The notes under the pieces: generated by a model
What the model saw: the letters and a program-made list of their open reading frames with translations, nothing else
What the model was told of the DNA's origin: nothing
Databases searched by the model: none
Source: Nitrosopumilaceae archaeon
GTDB lineage: Archaea; Thermoproteota; Nitrososphaeria; Nitrososphaerales; Nitrosopumilaceae
Direction: 5' to 3'
DNA: 64,000 nucleotides
Assembly (NCBI GenBank): GCA_965207375.1
Contig: CBDBMG010000001.1
Span: 352,001-416,000 of the forward strand
Made by a program: the position numbers and the translations under genes
Part shown: one piece after another, positions 11,561-25,027 of the stretch
How the letters are laid out: the number at the start of each line of letters is the position of its first letter
How positions within the stretch are numbered: the stretch's first letter is position 1

Positions 11561-14224
11561 ATGGATTATTCACCACCTACAAAATATCACTAAACTAAGC
11601 CATGATTTAAGTTGTTAACGCATCCGCCTGATAAACCTGCTGTTCAACTTTGTTTTATTGCAAAATTTTGTGCTACAGCAGTGTGTTTTGGGATCTTCAC
11701 GTGACAATGATATCCTTGATTGACTTACTGTCTGTTGTTCAATCTGTGTTATTTATGGAGATACGTAGGCTTCCACAGTGCTGTAATTTGTATTAAGCTT
11801 CTCCCACCCTGTACATTCCAAAATTTATCACTTACTTTTTAACAATAATTTTGATACAATCTGATTTAGCTGCTATTCCACGAAGTGTAATGATATTGAC
11901 TCTTGCAATTGGTGGATAGAATGGAGGAATCTCTTCCTAACTGCTGCAACTAATCCTTTGGAGTGAAGCTTTAAATAGCTGCCAGGAGCGAGGCTGCAGG
12001 AGATTTTCAGTCAGCCTAAAATCTCAAGGTCACAATGATGTACACATGTCACATGATAGAGAATCTCTTATTGTAATCAAACACCACCTTCATGATGGGA
12101 ACAATATCAGTCAGAAATTGTATCAACTGGAAATGTTTCAGTTATTGCAGTAACATCAAGTATGATCAATGCTTTAATGTCGACAAACATTAACTACACT
12201 TTAAATACACACTCTGTGGACTAGAATTGAAGGGATAGTGCTCATATCATCAACGGTTGATACTGTAGAACCATCCAGAATACTTTAATAGAGGGTCATT
12301 TGTTGCCGGATGGCTTGGATGCTGCTCTATGGAGCTTATATAGCCTGATCAAACAAACAAGCTAACACTACAGAAAACTGGATATCACCTGCTGCCTGGC
12401 GATTAATGGATCGCCAGGCTAGTTCCTTTTGTGCAACCCCTTAAATCGATAATAATTCCCCGCTAGCAAGTATAATATCACCTCGGATATGACGATCTAT
12501 TGCCGTTTTGGTATGAGATGCTCGCGTAATCTTCTTTGCGCGAGGTCACGTGACCGGGACTCGCGTGATATTTGCAAGGTGAAATCTTGGTCGGGTCGAT
12601 CTTGGTGGTGGCATGTTTATTTCAGTTTAATGTACGAGAATGAAATTATTTGTACAATTTGTGCTTTTGATGTTACTGTCATGTAATGACCCATGCTGCA
12701 GCGAGAGAACCTTCATTACAGGATGCGGTAAGTTCTGCGTTCATGTATCATTCATATAAATAATTGTACGCATGTAGCTATAAAGCCAGGCAAACTTGAT
12801 TACTTGTTTCTCTTTACGCGTAAATTTCATTTGTTTATAAATTATCGTTTTACGTACTTGAATTTTCAAATGTCTGTCTTTTCACCTCTCACCCCCGGCA
12901 TCAAAATCACAGTTGCAAAAATTAATTTTGATGCATGAGAAAGCACTGGCATGTATCAAGTTTGGACTAACTCATAACTGATGATACCTTTCTTGGCATT
13001 TTATGCACTGGTCTCAATTGTTAAATAAGTTTCAGTCCAAGCAGCTCTTTCTGCATGGTGATATAGCTAGCAAAATATGTACATGTGGTTGTGTAATGGT
13101 AAGCCGGGTGAGGTGATATACAAAAATGGGTTGGCAAAATTAATTTTGGTGATCTAGTACAACTAGCTATCAGGTACTATTTGCACATTTTAAGAGCTGC
13201 CTTTTCTAACAGCTATCAGAATTCATTACTGACACCTCTCACAATGAAGACTATTGGATACCTTATCACCAAGGTAAACATTTTAGGGCATAAGCCCTGC
13301 AAAATTTAATTGTGACTTGCTATCAAGGGCATCATTTCAGCTGAAAAGTCAGATATGTAACTTCAGTAGTCACACCAGATAGCTAGCTAGCTTTAAACAG
13401 TCAGAGTTAGAAGATTATAGAAATTTTTCTAATTCTGGTGCATCGGTAATCCAAATTTTTCTCAAAATGTACAAAATTTCTTCAAGTAGGCTAGCTAGCT
13501 AACTATACACTTTACAAGGGCACAATGTTTAATAGTTATTTCACAAAGGGAATTTCTTGCCAAGTTTGCAGAAACTTTGTTTAAAGATGTACGGTAAATT
13601 TATCTGACCAAATTAGATTTTGATTGGCCAAATAAATGGCCAATAGCCAACTACATTATATACTCATAGCTAGTATATGCAAATCCAAACCTATCCTTGC
13701 TGCCCATTTTATTTGGCTGATAATCAATAATTGAATACTGGTAATGATCACTTAACCTTTAGTAAGGAATGAAGCCAGCTAGCAGTCACTTGAGGGAAGT
13801 TTTAAGGGAAACCTTATAAGCTCATTAGAGCTGCATTAGCCAATGATTTGTGGCAGCAATGATTTCATATAACACTAAATATTATGTGGCTTCATAAAGG
13901 TCATAGCCCCTTATAAGGTACCACAAGTGGCAATCCCCATAAGCATTCTAAATATGTTTTATTCCTTATACAGTAAAACATATATCAATAATGATATTCA
14001 TAGCTGAGATAGCTCATAAATTTGCTGTACAAATTACACCACCATAGTTTTGTGACTGCATTCTGTAAAATCTAAATTTATGATTTCCACAAGTCTTAGG
14101 TTTATGTAGGTGAGTTGTAGATCATCATTTATATAAAATTCATAGCTAGAATAGGGTGAGTCAAATACATGACTACTACCAACAGTATCGTATGCATAGG
14201 CGGCAGAAGTAGGGGAGCCATGGC
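11561..14224 (+). repeat. Segmental duplication, direct copy of 44132-49758
   Basis: Shared start atggattattcaccacctacaaaatatcac; colinear blocks through caacagtatcgta...gccatggc; the other copy carries extra TE insertions. Confidence 0.9.
12640..12727 (+). CDS. Duplicated signal-peptide first exon (orphan copy)
   Basis: MKLFVQFVLLMLLSCNDPCCSERTFITGC + G|gtaagt; CpG-rich upstream region; near-identical to 47410-47497. Confidence 0.65.
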
Positions 14225-14255
14225 GGTGCGTGTATTTTCCCGCCATCCAAAAAGG

Positions 14256-14336
14256 TAATAAACAAAAAGTAAAGTAAATGGGCGCTTCGCGCGCTGCGCG
14301 CGCGAAGCGCCCATTTACTTTACTTTTTGTTTATTA
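14256..14336. repeat. 81 bp perfect hairpin (39 bp arms, 3 nt loop)
   Basis: taataaacaaaaagtaaagtaaatgggcgcttcgcgcgc-tgc-gcgcgcgaagcgcccatttactttactttttgtttatta. Confidence 0.95.
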
Positions 14337-14337
14337 G

Positions 14338-15195
14338 CAGGGCCGGAGCAAAATGCCTGACCACTTTTCAGAAGCTATCCCACAATCAAAAAGTTTAAGT
14401 TAATATTCTAACTCTAATCACCTCTGTGAAACTTCTTGTAATCTCAACTAGTAACTGAAGAAAGTTTTCATGTCCTTCACGCAAACGAACCAAATCACGT
14501 GATTTCCATTGATCATAATAATACTTTTGTGCGCTTAAGTAATAGTGATGCGCCGATTTTGCCAGCATAATACCAAAAGGATAATAAGGTTAATGTTAAT
14601 GCACTAAAACAATAGCCTAGTTTCTTAGGGTGAAATAATAGTAGTTCACTTTAGTAATGGGGTTTAATTAGATATTAAACCCACAATCAAAACTTCACGT
14701 ATACTCGACGATGGTTTGTTATGCCGGTAAGAATGGCGTTTTTAGAACGATCGATTTGCTACCTTGGGAGAGCAGCCTAACCAGCTGCCTAAGAGTTTTT
14801 AGTTTCCGAAAAGGAGCTTTGGGATAGATGTGTAAATGAGTCTATTTCATTAAATTCCCACAGATCTAACAAAATTGCTAAGTTTCAGTTACTGTGACTG
14901 CATGTGTGTAATTATACAATTATAGCTATAGCTAATAATGTACGTACCCTACTTATGTATTTTGCTTGTATGCACTATAACTTGTGAAATTTAATATAAA
15001 AATTAGACAGTAATATGTAGGCATGTTTAGAAGGTGAAAATGCCCTCAGATTCAATCTCAGGGAGTGCACATTTTCAAAATTTTCTGGGGGGGCATGCCC
15101 CCAGACCCCCCTAGTTTTGGCATGCTTCGCACACAATGAGCGTATTTCTCCATTGAAAATGCCTGACCACTTATGTAAAGGCTGCTCCAGCCCTG
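14338..15195. mobile_element. Non-autonomous CAGGG-ended DNA transposon with 5 bp TSD
   Basis: TIR cagggccggagca / tgctccagccctg; TSD attag on both sides; empty site seen in the duplicate near 37850-37858. Confidence 0.88.
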
Positions 15196-18100
15196 ATTAG
15201 GACATTGAGCATTTGGAATTCGTGAATTCCAAATGCCTAATTTTATAAATATATAAACTTCTGACTTACTGCCTCCAGGGGATGCGGTTGCCTGTGCTAA
15301 TTTCCCACATCAGGTAAGGGAACTTTATAGAGAAATATTTTCGCGTGCATTAATTAATTCTATATAACGCTCGATATCGAGCCACGTGTATCATCTTGAA
15401 TTCACCTGTTTCTAGACGGAATCATTAATGGATTGCAAGCTCTTGAATAAGGGAAGAAGTTTTTAAGGTTTGTTAACTAGATATTTTGTATTCACTCTAA
15501 TTAAAGCGCATTTCATCCATTTATATTTTCTTTGTTGTGCATAATACACGGAGAAGGCGCAAAATTAGCTGCTGTTGATGTACTAAGTAAATACCACCCC
15601 AATAGGGACACTGTTGTGATTTCCACGATATACGTCGACTAGATATACAATGAAGAGAATTGCAACAGCATGCACATCTACTTGATCTAAATAAGAAGCC
15701 GGGCTGGCACATACATATGCATAAATTGGCCTCCGCAACATAAGTACCGCTGATAGAGGGTTTAAGGATACAATAGTGACAGCTGAGGTACGAGTTTATT
15801 TTGCAGTATGGGCCCTTTAACCAGCTGTATATTACTAACAAGGTGGAGCGATTCAGTTTTAGAGTGTAGCTTACAAAGACAGATTGGCTTGTAGTGTTAC
15901 AGTAAGAATTCCAGCTTTATAATTTTATCACTAAATTGAGCAGATTAAACCAAAGAATTAAATTTGTATGCGTTGCTATGTGTTCCTTAATGACAAATCT
16001 TTGTTCACGTGACTTTATTGAATGATAATAGCCTGATTTTGGATGGTAGAACATCAGCGTGTTTCGAATGCAATCATTACCATATATAGTAGCATTATAG
16101 TCATGTTTAATAGTTTTTGTGTGAATCCATGCACGATTGTATGACGCCATGTATTATAAAGTAATAAACTAATTGAATGGATTTGTGGCTGCCTTGTGTG
16201 ATGTGTATTCTAAATATTCAATCATACATTAATGTAATATGTGCTGCATGAAAGTGATTTTGTTGACTAATGAAATGTCACCTTTTTGCCTTACAGAAAG
16301 TGACCTACTACAAGTGCAGCCACCAGCTGAAGACAGACAAGCCAACAAACTGTAATGCATTTTTATCACCATAGTAACACAATTAATTGTTATGGTTACT
16401 ATAATTTGGTGGAAAAGTTTGCCATGTTGAATACGCTAAATGGCGTCATAATCTTGTAGATGTTATACTTTACTGTCGACCTGCTACTAAAGCTTTTCTG
16501 ATCGCATTTGTATGCTGGAGCTAATCTGGAATGGGTTACAAGGAAGCTACCTGATCATTCACCTCGGACTCGTGTAATGACTGTGATAGCATAATGACCA
16601 TTTAATAATTGCGTATTTGGTGATGGTGTAGCAACCATGTATTGGTACATAGGTTGGCTCACAAACCCTCAAAATTTAAATAATACCTTATATATGGCTC
16701 CCTATTTTAGGCTTTGGTAATTTTGCCTGATTTTTGTGATTCGCTGGTTTTGAAGTGTCCTGTGCTATGTATAAGCTGCTGGCAAGAAAATTTTGACAAA
16801 AATTTTTGTAATCTGCAAATTTCACAAAAATATTTGACCATAGAAATTCAGAGCTATGTGAAAGTAGTGCATATACGTAGTCTCCATATGCATAATACAT
16901 TATGCTCTGCAGTACATGTATTTCATGCTTCCTGATCAAAGACAAATAAAAAAGTAATTATTTGATGTCATCACCATAGTAACAGTTGGTTACTATAGTT
17001 TGAATGTGACTGTGACTGTCATCTGTCATTTTAAAATGTATTCGGTCATTTCTGTGAAAAATTGTATTAAGCCATCCATCATAGATGTTACTACTACCTT
17101 CTATTACAAAATGATTCAACATGATCGTGACTTTAAATCGGTACGTCATACGCTATCATCATTAGGGGCATGTGTTTATGAGTGCTACGTTACTATAATT
17201 ATATATACCAGTATGAGCACATTCACATGTTGGAATACTGGAACCTAATATTATAATGATAAAGGTGTTGGATGTAATAGCAAAGTATTTAACAAAGATG
17301 AGCTTAATGTGAATGCTCTATTGGAGTATTTTGATATTTCACATACATTTTAATTTGTACGTACTTGTTAATATGGAGCAGAAAATACCTTATACCTGGC
17401 TTCACTTGTGATTGAGGATTGTGATTTTGGGGGAAAATGAATAATTGGAATTTTTAAAACCATGATGTGCTCATCCCATGCCTGCAGTGGTTGTGTACGT
17501 AGCACGTACATGCATGTGCATGTGCATAGGCATCCTTACAGTAACAGTATCATCATGCAGTGTCTCATGACACATTTATATAGCCCACACTAGATGATTA
17601 TGTAAATGCAAATAAAGCATGTGTAATCTGCCGAATGAACTTTTGTTTGTGGATGACTAAATTAGAGGACAAAAATAAAATTTCTCCCTCAAATTGTCCA
17701 GGCCATACGAATGGACTGGAGCAAAGTATATAAGAAGCAGCAATCGCACATTAAACCTGCAATTTCTCACTGAGTCAGTAAGCTAACACTCTGATCATGA
17801 CGTGTATGCATGTATGTAGGTATACATAGTTGGTGTCTGACATATGGTCTAGCTAGCTCCAGGGTAATAATTGATACCACTAACGTTATGTTATGTGCAT
17901 GCATAGTTACACAATATCTAGTGATCGCATTATTGTGGTGATCACACATTACAGTGAACACAGGGATGAGCACTTCATTAATAATTTTTGACAGCAGAGT
18001 GAGTTTAAGTGACTGCTCTATTAGAGTAATATTTTGTATCCTGTTAAAGCTTGTAACAGAAAATACACATTAAGTTGACTATACCTGGCTTTACGTAAAG

Positions 18101-19325
18101 GAAAAAATTTGTGTGAAGGAAATGTTGCAGTTGTCAGAATGGAAAAGCATAACATGTCCGTCCCTATACACTCTACTCACACAATAACATGCTGCATAGT
18201 TGCATATTTGCCTTCATGCATGTACATAGTTGCATAGAGGCATGGTGATCGTTCATCTATTGCACGCAGTAATTTTACATGTGTATATACGTACGTAACA
18301 TATGATAATATAATTATTATAGTAACAGTACTAGTATCACCATACGCATTATGTATAGCTATGTAATAAATTTTTTAAAGTACATGCAGTGGCAAGTTTT
18401 CTCCCCATCCATCTATCACAAAACCTTCCATTGCAAAATACCAATACCATACACATGTGCATACTAATCATAGTAATAAAAAATTATATCTGCTCGTCCC
18501 TACATATCTACACTCATAATAATAAGAAATTAACATGCATATGGTTGCTTAAAAGAAGCACAATTGTCAGTTGTCCGGTCCATATTACAGTATGACAGTC
18601 ATGTGCATGATCATCACAGTGACTGATCATGATCATGACTCAACATCCTGAAATGTGCATACACAATGATGATCACAATCATGACAATAAAATTGATGAT
18701 CATCTTCATTGTGGTGCACAGCATGCACATGCAGATGCTGATCATGATCATGATGCATTGTCATTATGCATTTAATTATTCAATTCTTTCTTTCTCCATC
18801 CTAAGCTGTTCTACACTAACAGGTATATATAGAAATGTATATGAAATATTATCAAGATACTCTGATAGAGCATTCACCTTAAAATTTTTCCAGTATTCCT
18901 AATATAATGTGCTCGTCCCTAATATTAATGTGGTCAGTCCCAGTCACTAAAATATATAATTGCACAACCATATGCATGCATTATATGAACGCACATTTTG
19001 ATGTATATGTGTAGCTATGCACATGTGTTATATTATCAGACATTAGCTACCATGGCAACCATGTTGACGTCACTATATAATCGTTATATGCATGTTCAGT
19101 TTTGTCATATGACCATGTAGTTACGTACACTGTCACACGTACAACCCATGATGATTACTGTACAAACAAGCAATCTTAGCAAACTGTAAAAGTGTAAGAG
19201 CACGTAGAAGGAGTGTCTAGCTTTTAGTACCTATGTATTACGTAAGCATGATTAATCTATACTACATGATTAATTTAATATAGCATAACTCAGTTAAATG
19301 CTTACTATATACGTACATACATATA

Positions 19326-19563
19326 TGTGACTGGATTTGGGAAAACGTGCATAGTTCACACATCCAATTTTTCAACTTTAACGATTTATAAAATCTTTTG
19401 TGACTTACATATAGATGTGAAACTTACAGGGATTGTAGAGCTACCATTCTTTTATCTACTCTGCAAATTTCAAACTGTATACCATTCTCATTGGATTTTA
19501 TGACTCTTCAAATGAGCAAAATCGGATGTGTGAACTATGCACATTTTCGCAAATCCGGTCACA
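19326..19563. mobile_element. TA-flanked MITE (TGTGAC ends)
   Basis: tgtgactggatttgggaaaacgtgcatagttcacacatcc / ggatgtgtgaactatgcacattttcgcaaatccggtcaca; absent from the duplicate near 35750. Confidence 0.8.
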
Positions 19564-19764
19564 TATACATATGTAAAAAGTACAATAGTATTATGGAAAT
19601 ACTGTGGAAATATTGCAAATTTCAAACTGTATACCATTCTCATTGGATTTTATGACTCTTCAAATGAGCAAAATCGGATGTGTGAACTATGCACATTTTC
19701 GCAAATCCGGTCACATATACATATGTAAAAAGTACAATAGTATTATGGAAATACTGTGGAAATA
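19462..19764. repeat. 152 bp tandem duplication
   Basis: tgcaaatttcaaactgtatacc... starts at both 19462 and 19614. Confidence 0.9.
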
Positions 19765-20455
19765 ATAAATTATATTGAAAGGTGGTATAGCGTCTGTTCC
19801 ACACGTGAAATCTTCCTGTAGTAAATAATAACAATATTCCCAACATGCAGTGAGATATGTCCATACTGTTACTGTAATCCTTCAATGGATGGTGCCCTAT
19901 AACACACATGGATACGGTAAAAATAATAATGACGACACACCAGCAGTGATAATAATTTCATTCTTACTGCTACTATCTCTTGTCCTGTCCACTGACAAAA
20001 TAATCTACATGACCACGGTGGTCACAAAGTATGTACAGTGTAGGTACATACCAAATGACTTTGAATGTGCATACGTATACAAGTGTATGCATGCATGTAC
20101 ATTTTGCACATATGTATCCTTGTTGCTATGCAACAAAGTATTAAGTAGTTGCACTGGATTCATTTCTTGTAGCTCCATTACATGTGTACACTATTGTGTT
20201 GTCCATGTTAATTTTCAACATACAGTGTGACATCATGATGATGCATGTGTTTACATGTTGCCATGGTTATACATTCTTTGCATAACATCATACTCAGTTC
20301 AAGTGATGGATCCCTGCAATGTGATTAGCTATTTTCTGAAAAATAACCAATCGTGTTTCAGGGATCTCAATGGAAGGAGGAGTACATACAACACTGTATC
20401 ATCATGGTGATGTAGGTGCAAAAGTACTTAATATCAATGTTGTCATGAACATATA

Positions 20456-21033
20456 TGTGACCGTCTCTGCAAAAATCGGCCATGTTTGTGCCTGGTAATA
20501 ATTAGAGAAACAAACGTTCAAAAACTTTTTCATTGAAATTATAGCTTTTGCTCATGCCAAGCCGCTTTTGTTTAGCAGAACTGGACTTAGTAATCCATTG
20601 AATAAAACTTTGAAGTTGTTCCTTGCTTGATTTAGGCCTCTTTAAATGATTTTTTGAGGTGTGAATCAATTTTAGCCAAGCATTACAAGGGGGTGGGCAG
20701 GTGTGAGGAGGGTGGAGAGAGAGGAGGAAAACCCCCCAGGTGAAGACAAGAGGTGCTGAGTTGCTCACAGATGGTCCTAACCATGCAACTAGACCAAAGG
20801 GACATTAAGGGTAGAATTCCAGTCTGATGACACCCACTTGTTGTGCTCCACAGGTGCCAACGTGTTGATTATGGTTTTACAAGTTGAAAATCCACCTCTG
20901 GAAAACTACCCCACTTGTATCTGGCCATAGGAGACATGCTGTGTGGATAGCCATTGAGTATAGCTATAAGCTAGGCCAAAAACATGAATTTAAATTTTTG
21001 TGTGAACTAGGCTGGTTATTGCCGACAGTCACA
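20456..21033. mobile_element. TGTGAC-ended non-autonomous DNA element, also present at 34438-34996
   Basis: tgtgaccgtctctgcaaaaatcggcc / ggctggttattgccgacagtcaca, TA-flanked. Confidence 0.65.
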
Positions 21034-22597
21034 TATCATAACAACTAGATATTACTTTACCTTAGTGACAAGGTTTCCATGACAATGGGAATTATTACCA
21101 TGATCCTGAGATGTAAAAAATTACTGCTGTGCATAATACTGTTGACTTACATATTTCTGCTGACCTAGATATTTGATGAGGAAATGACTCCATCTACACA
21201 TGCCTACAATAATACAATGTTATTGAGAGCACATGCTTCTGTGGTCTGTGGAACTTACGATTTCCAACATATCCATGTGTGTCAAGATGCTTATGGATAG
21301 CAAAGCCTACGCTATGAAGTCGACTCTGCAAGTCCCCTTACAAGAAGTGACATACGTATGTAGTTACATACTCCCTCCCAACAGTAATGATATCTTAGTA
21401 GCTTCCTTTACATGTGCAGGCACAGCTGGCTAGCTTTGTCTTCTCCTGCATGGTCAGCAAGTCGTAAAATGCAGTAGCAGAAGTGCACTTATAATTACTT
21501 CTTTATCAACAATGATGCTCAACAATCAGTGGCTTACTATATAGTCCAAAATTTTCACATCTTTGGCAATGATAATCCTTCCATCCTTGATTTCTCTTCT
21601 CACCACTGTTTCTGTACATACACACACACACATGTGCACACACACATGCATGTATGCATGCGTACACACACAAGCACGAATCTTAAGTTGGTAAGTGCTT
21701 CTATACACATGTTTTCTTTAGTTGATATACTAAAACTGCATTGTATGCATACTTGTAACACCTATATAGTAGTCCCTGTCCATGCTTATTCCAGTTGCCA
21801 TAACAACACACTGTTAGTAGTTACACATTACATGCATGCAGTATGCATGTGCATGTAAGTCACATAAGCATGCTCAGTGCATGTAATATTCATGCAACAA
21901 CCATGAAAAATGTCCTAAATCCATGCATGTTACATGAAACATACATGTATATTAATATGATAGCATGCATTTTATGATGGTCTTGCAAGTCAATGGAAAT
22001 TTCATGGAACATGCATGTTACATAGATGCACAGTATTTGACCAAGTAGCTGATTAAATTTAATTATTATTATGGCAGTGCGTGATATTTTTATTGCAACA
22101 GTAACTTATAGAGCGCATACATGCATTATAGGAATCACCATGGTGACACTGTCATCTTGATAGCCCTAGATCTGTACCATGATATGAAGTAAGGATCACA
22201 TGTAATTTGGCATTTCTTGAATTGATGTTTTTATATATTGGAATGGTAGTCGCACAGCTTTAGGTTCCATTATCACATGGGCTTATAAAAATTTCATACT
22301 GCACATGTATAGCTATATGTACGTTGCTCTATAATGAACCTCTGCTTCAGTACTTAATTTTCACCACTGATACCACAGTAGCAATATATGAACTATAAAT
22401 TACTGTTTTGCCAAAATTACCATATGCTTGCCATCACAAGATTTATCACATCAGATAATGCAGGTAATTAATATAATCATTTGATTATTGTTCAGCACTA
22501 AAATATTCAAGTGAAGAATATGATATGTAGCTAGCTATGTACTTGAATTTTGTGACACACATCCTTCAGGCTATAGCTAATAAGTAGCACTATAAAC

Positions 22598-22893
22598 TAG
22601 AGCTGAAACAAATACTCGATTCGCTCGGATATTCGCTCGGTTACATAAGTATTCGAATACCAAGAGAGTATTCGGATGCACATTTATATAGATTTTCTGC
22701 ATTAATTCTTACATATTTTGTAATTAAACACATATTTTAAGGTATTTCAGTAATTAAATGAATTACATTAACATATTGCTAGCAAAAATCAACCATTTTA
22801 ATAGTAAAATGGCTGATTCAAACTATTCGGATATTCGCTCGCTTTACCATTCAAACTATTCGAGCACTAAATATCATATTCGTTTCAGCCCTA
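22598..22893. mobile_element. hAT-like MITE with 8 bp TSD
   Basis: tagagctgaaacaaata / tattcgtttcagcccta; TSD ctataaac. Confidence 0.85.
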
Positions 22894-22945
22894 CTATAAA
22901 CAAAAAATTGCAATAACAAACCAAAAATATAATCGCAGTATTATT

Positions 22946-23317
22946 TAGGGGTGAGCGATAATATCGATAGTACGATTATCGTGACAAAATAATTGTTATT
23001 GCGATAATTATTTATTAATCACTATTGCGATAGTTTAAAATACTCTTATAGAACAATCAACTACTCTAATAGAACAATCAGATACTTCAGTAAAACAGTT
23101 CATTAAAGCAAAGTGTAGTTGAGGTTACACCACTACAGTAGTTGTTACATAAGCTCAATTGCTGCAGTATCTAAAACTAATGTGTATCATTGTAACTATG
23201 TAAATGCTAAAGTACACTGATAGCATAATTTATTGACTATCGTGATAGTATCATGTATCGTGAACAGCTTACAACTATCAATCGTGATAGTGATTTTACC
23301 ACTATCACTCAGCCCTA
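22946..23317. mobile_element. hAT-like MITE with 8 bp TSD
   Basis: taggggtgagcgata / tatcactcagcccta; TSD gtattatt. Confidence 0.85.
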
Positions 23318-24189
23318 GTATTATTATTGCTACTACAATCACAGTATTATTGCTACTACAATTTGTTTTTTTCTAGTACATGTATCAATGAAGGTAAACA
23401 ATCATGTCCTAATGATAATTAATCACCTGGCTAATAAGATCAAATTACTTACAGGCTCTAAACTAAAAAATAGGCTCAATGATGAAAGCATTTTACAGTA
23501 GGAACAGCAAGATTAGTACCTATCATCACAGGTATGGTTCCGCGAACGGTAAATGTAAGAATCTATAATGATTATAACCGGTTGAGAGCATAATTAAGAT
23601 AACTCCGAATGAGAATGTATAGTTTCCCATTCTCCTCCACCTGCATCACATCTGAGCACCCACATTAATGGTCATTATTGCCATTATTTCCTTATGTACA
23701 TGGAAAGTATAATGTTTTCAATTATTTTATATACCTTGGGTGTGCATTAAGAAAAAGGGTCTGGCAATGTGAGACTACTGTGTGTTCTAAATTACGCTTG
23801 GCCACAGTGGTCAAAACTGTCAAATCAGTAAAAATTTTGCTGTATCTTAGTGACAGCTCCTTAGGCCACTCCAAATGAGAGTGCAGTTTCCTGTCCAGAA
23901 GTTTTGAAAATGCGATTTGGGAGGGAGGCCCATTATCATTATTTAATACATCCATTGGTTTAAAAATGGCAGTGATTTTATGGAAAGGGTTACAATTATC
24001 AGGCTTCCCACAGGCAATAAGTAGGTGTCACACATGGCAGCAACCACAAGAAACAGTCTTTTTAGTTGCATTATACTCCTTGGAAGCAAGTTAAGAAAAA
24101 GGGTTAGGCAATGCAAACTATTCCATATAGATTGTTGATCATATGCACCCACTAATATCTATGACTAAACACACAGTCAGTTCCTAAGG

Positions 24190-25027
24190 TTATGTCACAA
24201 CATAAATGGTCCCCCGGATCACTTATATGTACGAACATTAATGGTCTGGATAAAACATTGTTTATGACAACATAAATGGTCCACGCGCCACTTTTGCAGG
24301 AATATATAATGCTAAGTTGCCAGCTGCTAGTTATATTTATACATCATGCATGCATATATAGCACAACTCAAAGGCAATGTCATGAGTCATGAGCGATCGA
24401 AGCTAATTTGCTGATAATAGCTAGCTATGCCATACACTTGCACATTAGCTCCTCACCTTTTATCTTGCAAATTGTGAAGGTGCTTGAAGCTTAGCTACTC
24501 GTGTGTTACTATAGATCTTTTGCTACTTGCACTCCCTGTCCACTTTGTCAAGTCGTTTAGTTTGGAGAATCGTGATTTAGCTGATTGGTAGCTAGCTAGC
24601 TAAATGGTAGCTATGTAGCTAGGGCACCAAATGGTAATGACGGATTGGATAAAATTGTGAGCATATAGCTAGACCATACTTGTGAATATGCAACATCTAA
24701 AAATACCCCCAACATTAAGTAGCAATAGTGATAGTTACAGCCACAGCTATATAATATTAAAGTTTAATCAAGATACAGTTTAGTCTACTAGCTCAATAGC
24801 TAGCTACCTAGTAGCTAGCCAGCTACCGCATGCATGTAGGCAGCAGAGCTGTCGTGTAAAATCATAGCAAGGTATTAAATCATATGTGATGTAGAGCATT
24901 TGTTTGGCCTCGCTTTGTGACCCGGACCATTTATGTTTGGGGCGGACCACTTATGTCAACATAAATGGTCTGGGAGGACCATTTATACATAGTTGCTTAT
25001 GTACCCGGACCAAATATTTCGTTACAG
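24190..25027. mobile_element. MITE with subterminal repeats
   Basis: Repeated cataaatggtc on the left and ggaccatttat on the right; ends approximate. Confidence 0.5.

Larger units (their letters stand above)
14225..21446 (+). repeat. Arm 1 of a large inverted duplication (partner 34136-37966)
   Basis: ggtgcgtgtattttcccgcc (14225) is the reverse complement of the sequence ending 37966; tagctttgtcttctcc (ends 21446) is the reverse complement of the sequence from 34136; many colinear blocks between. Confidence 0.92.
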
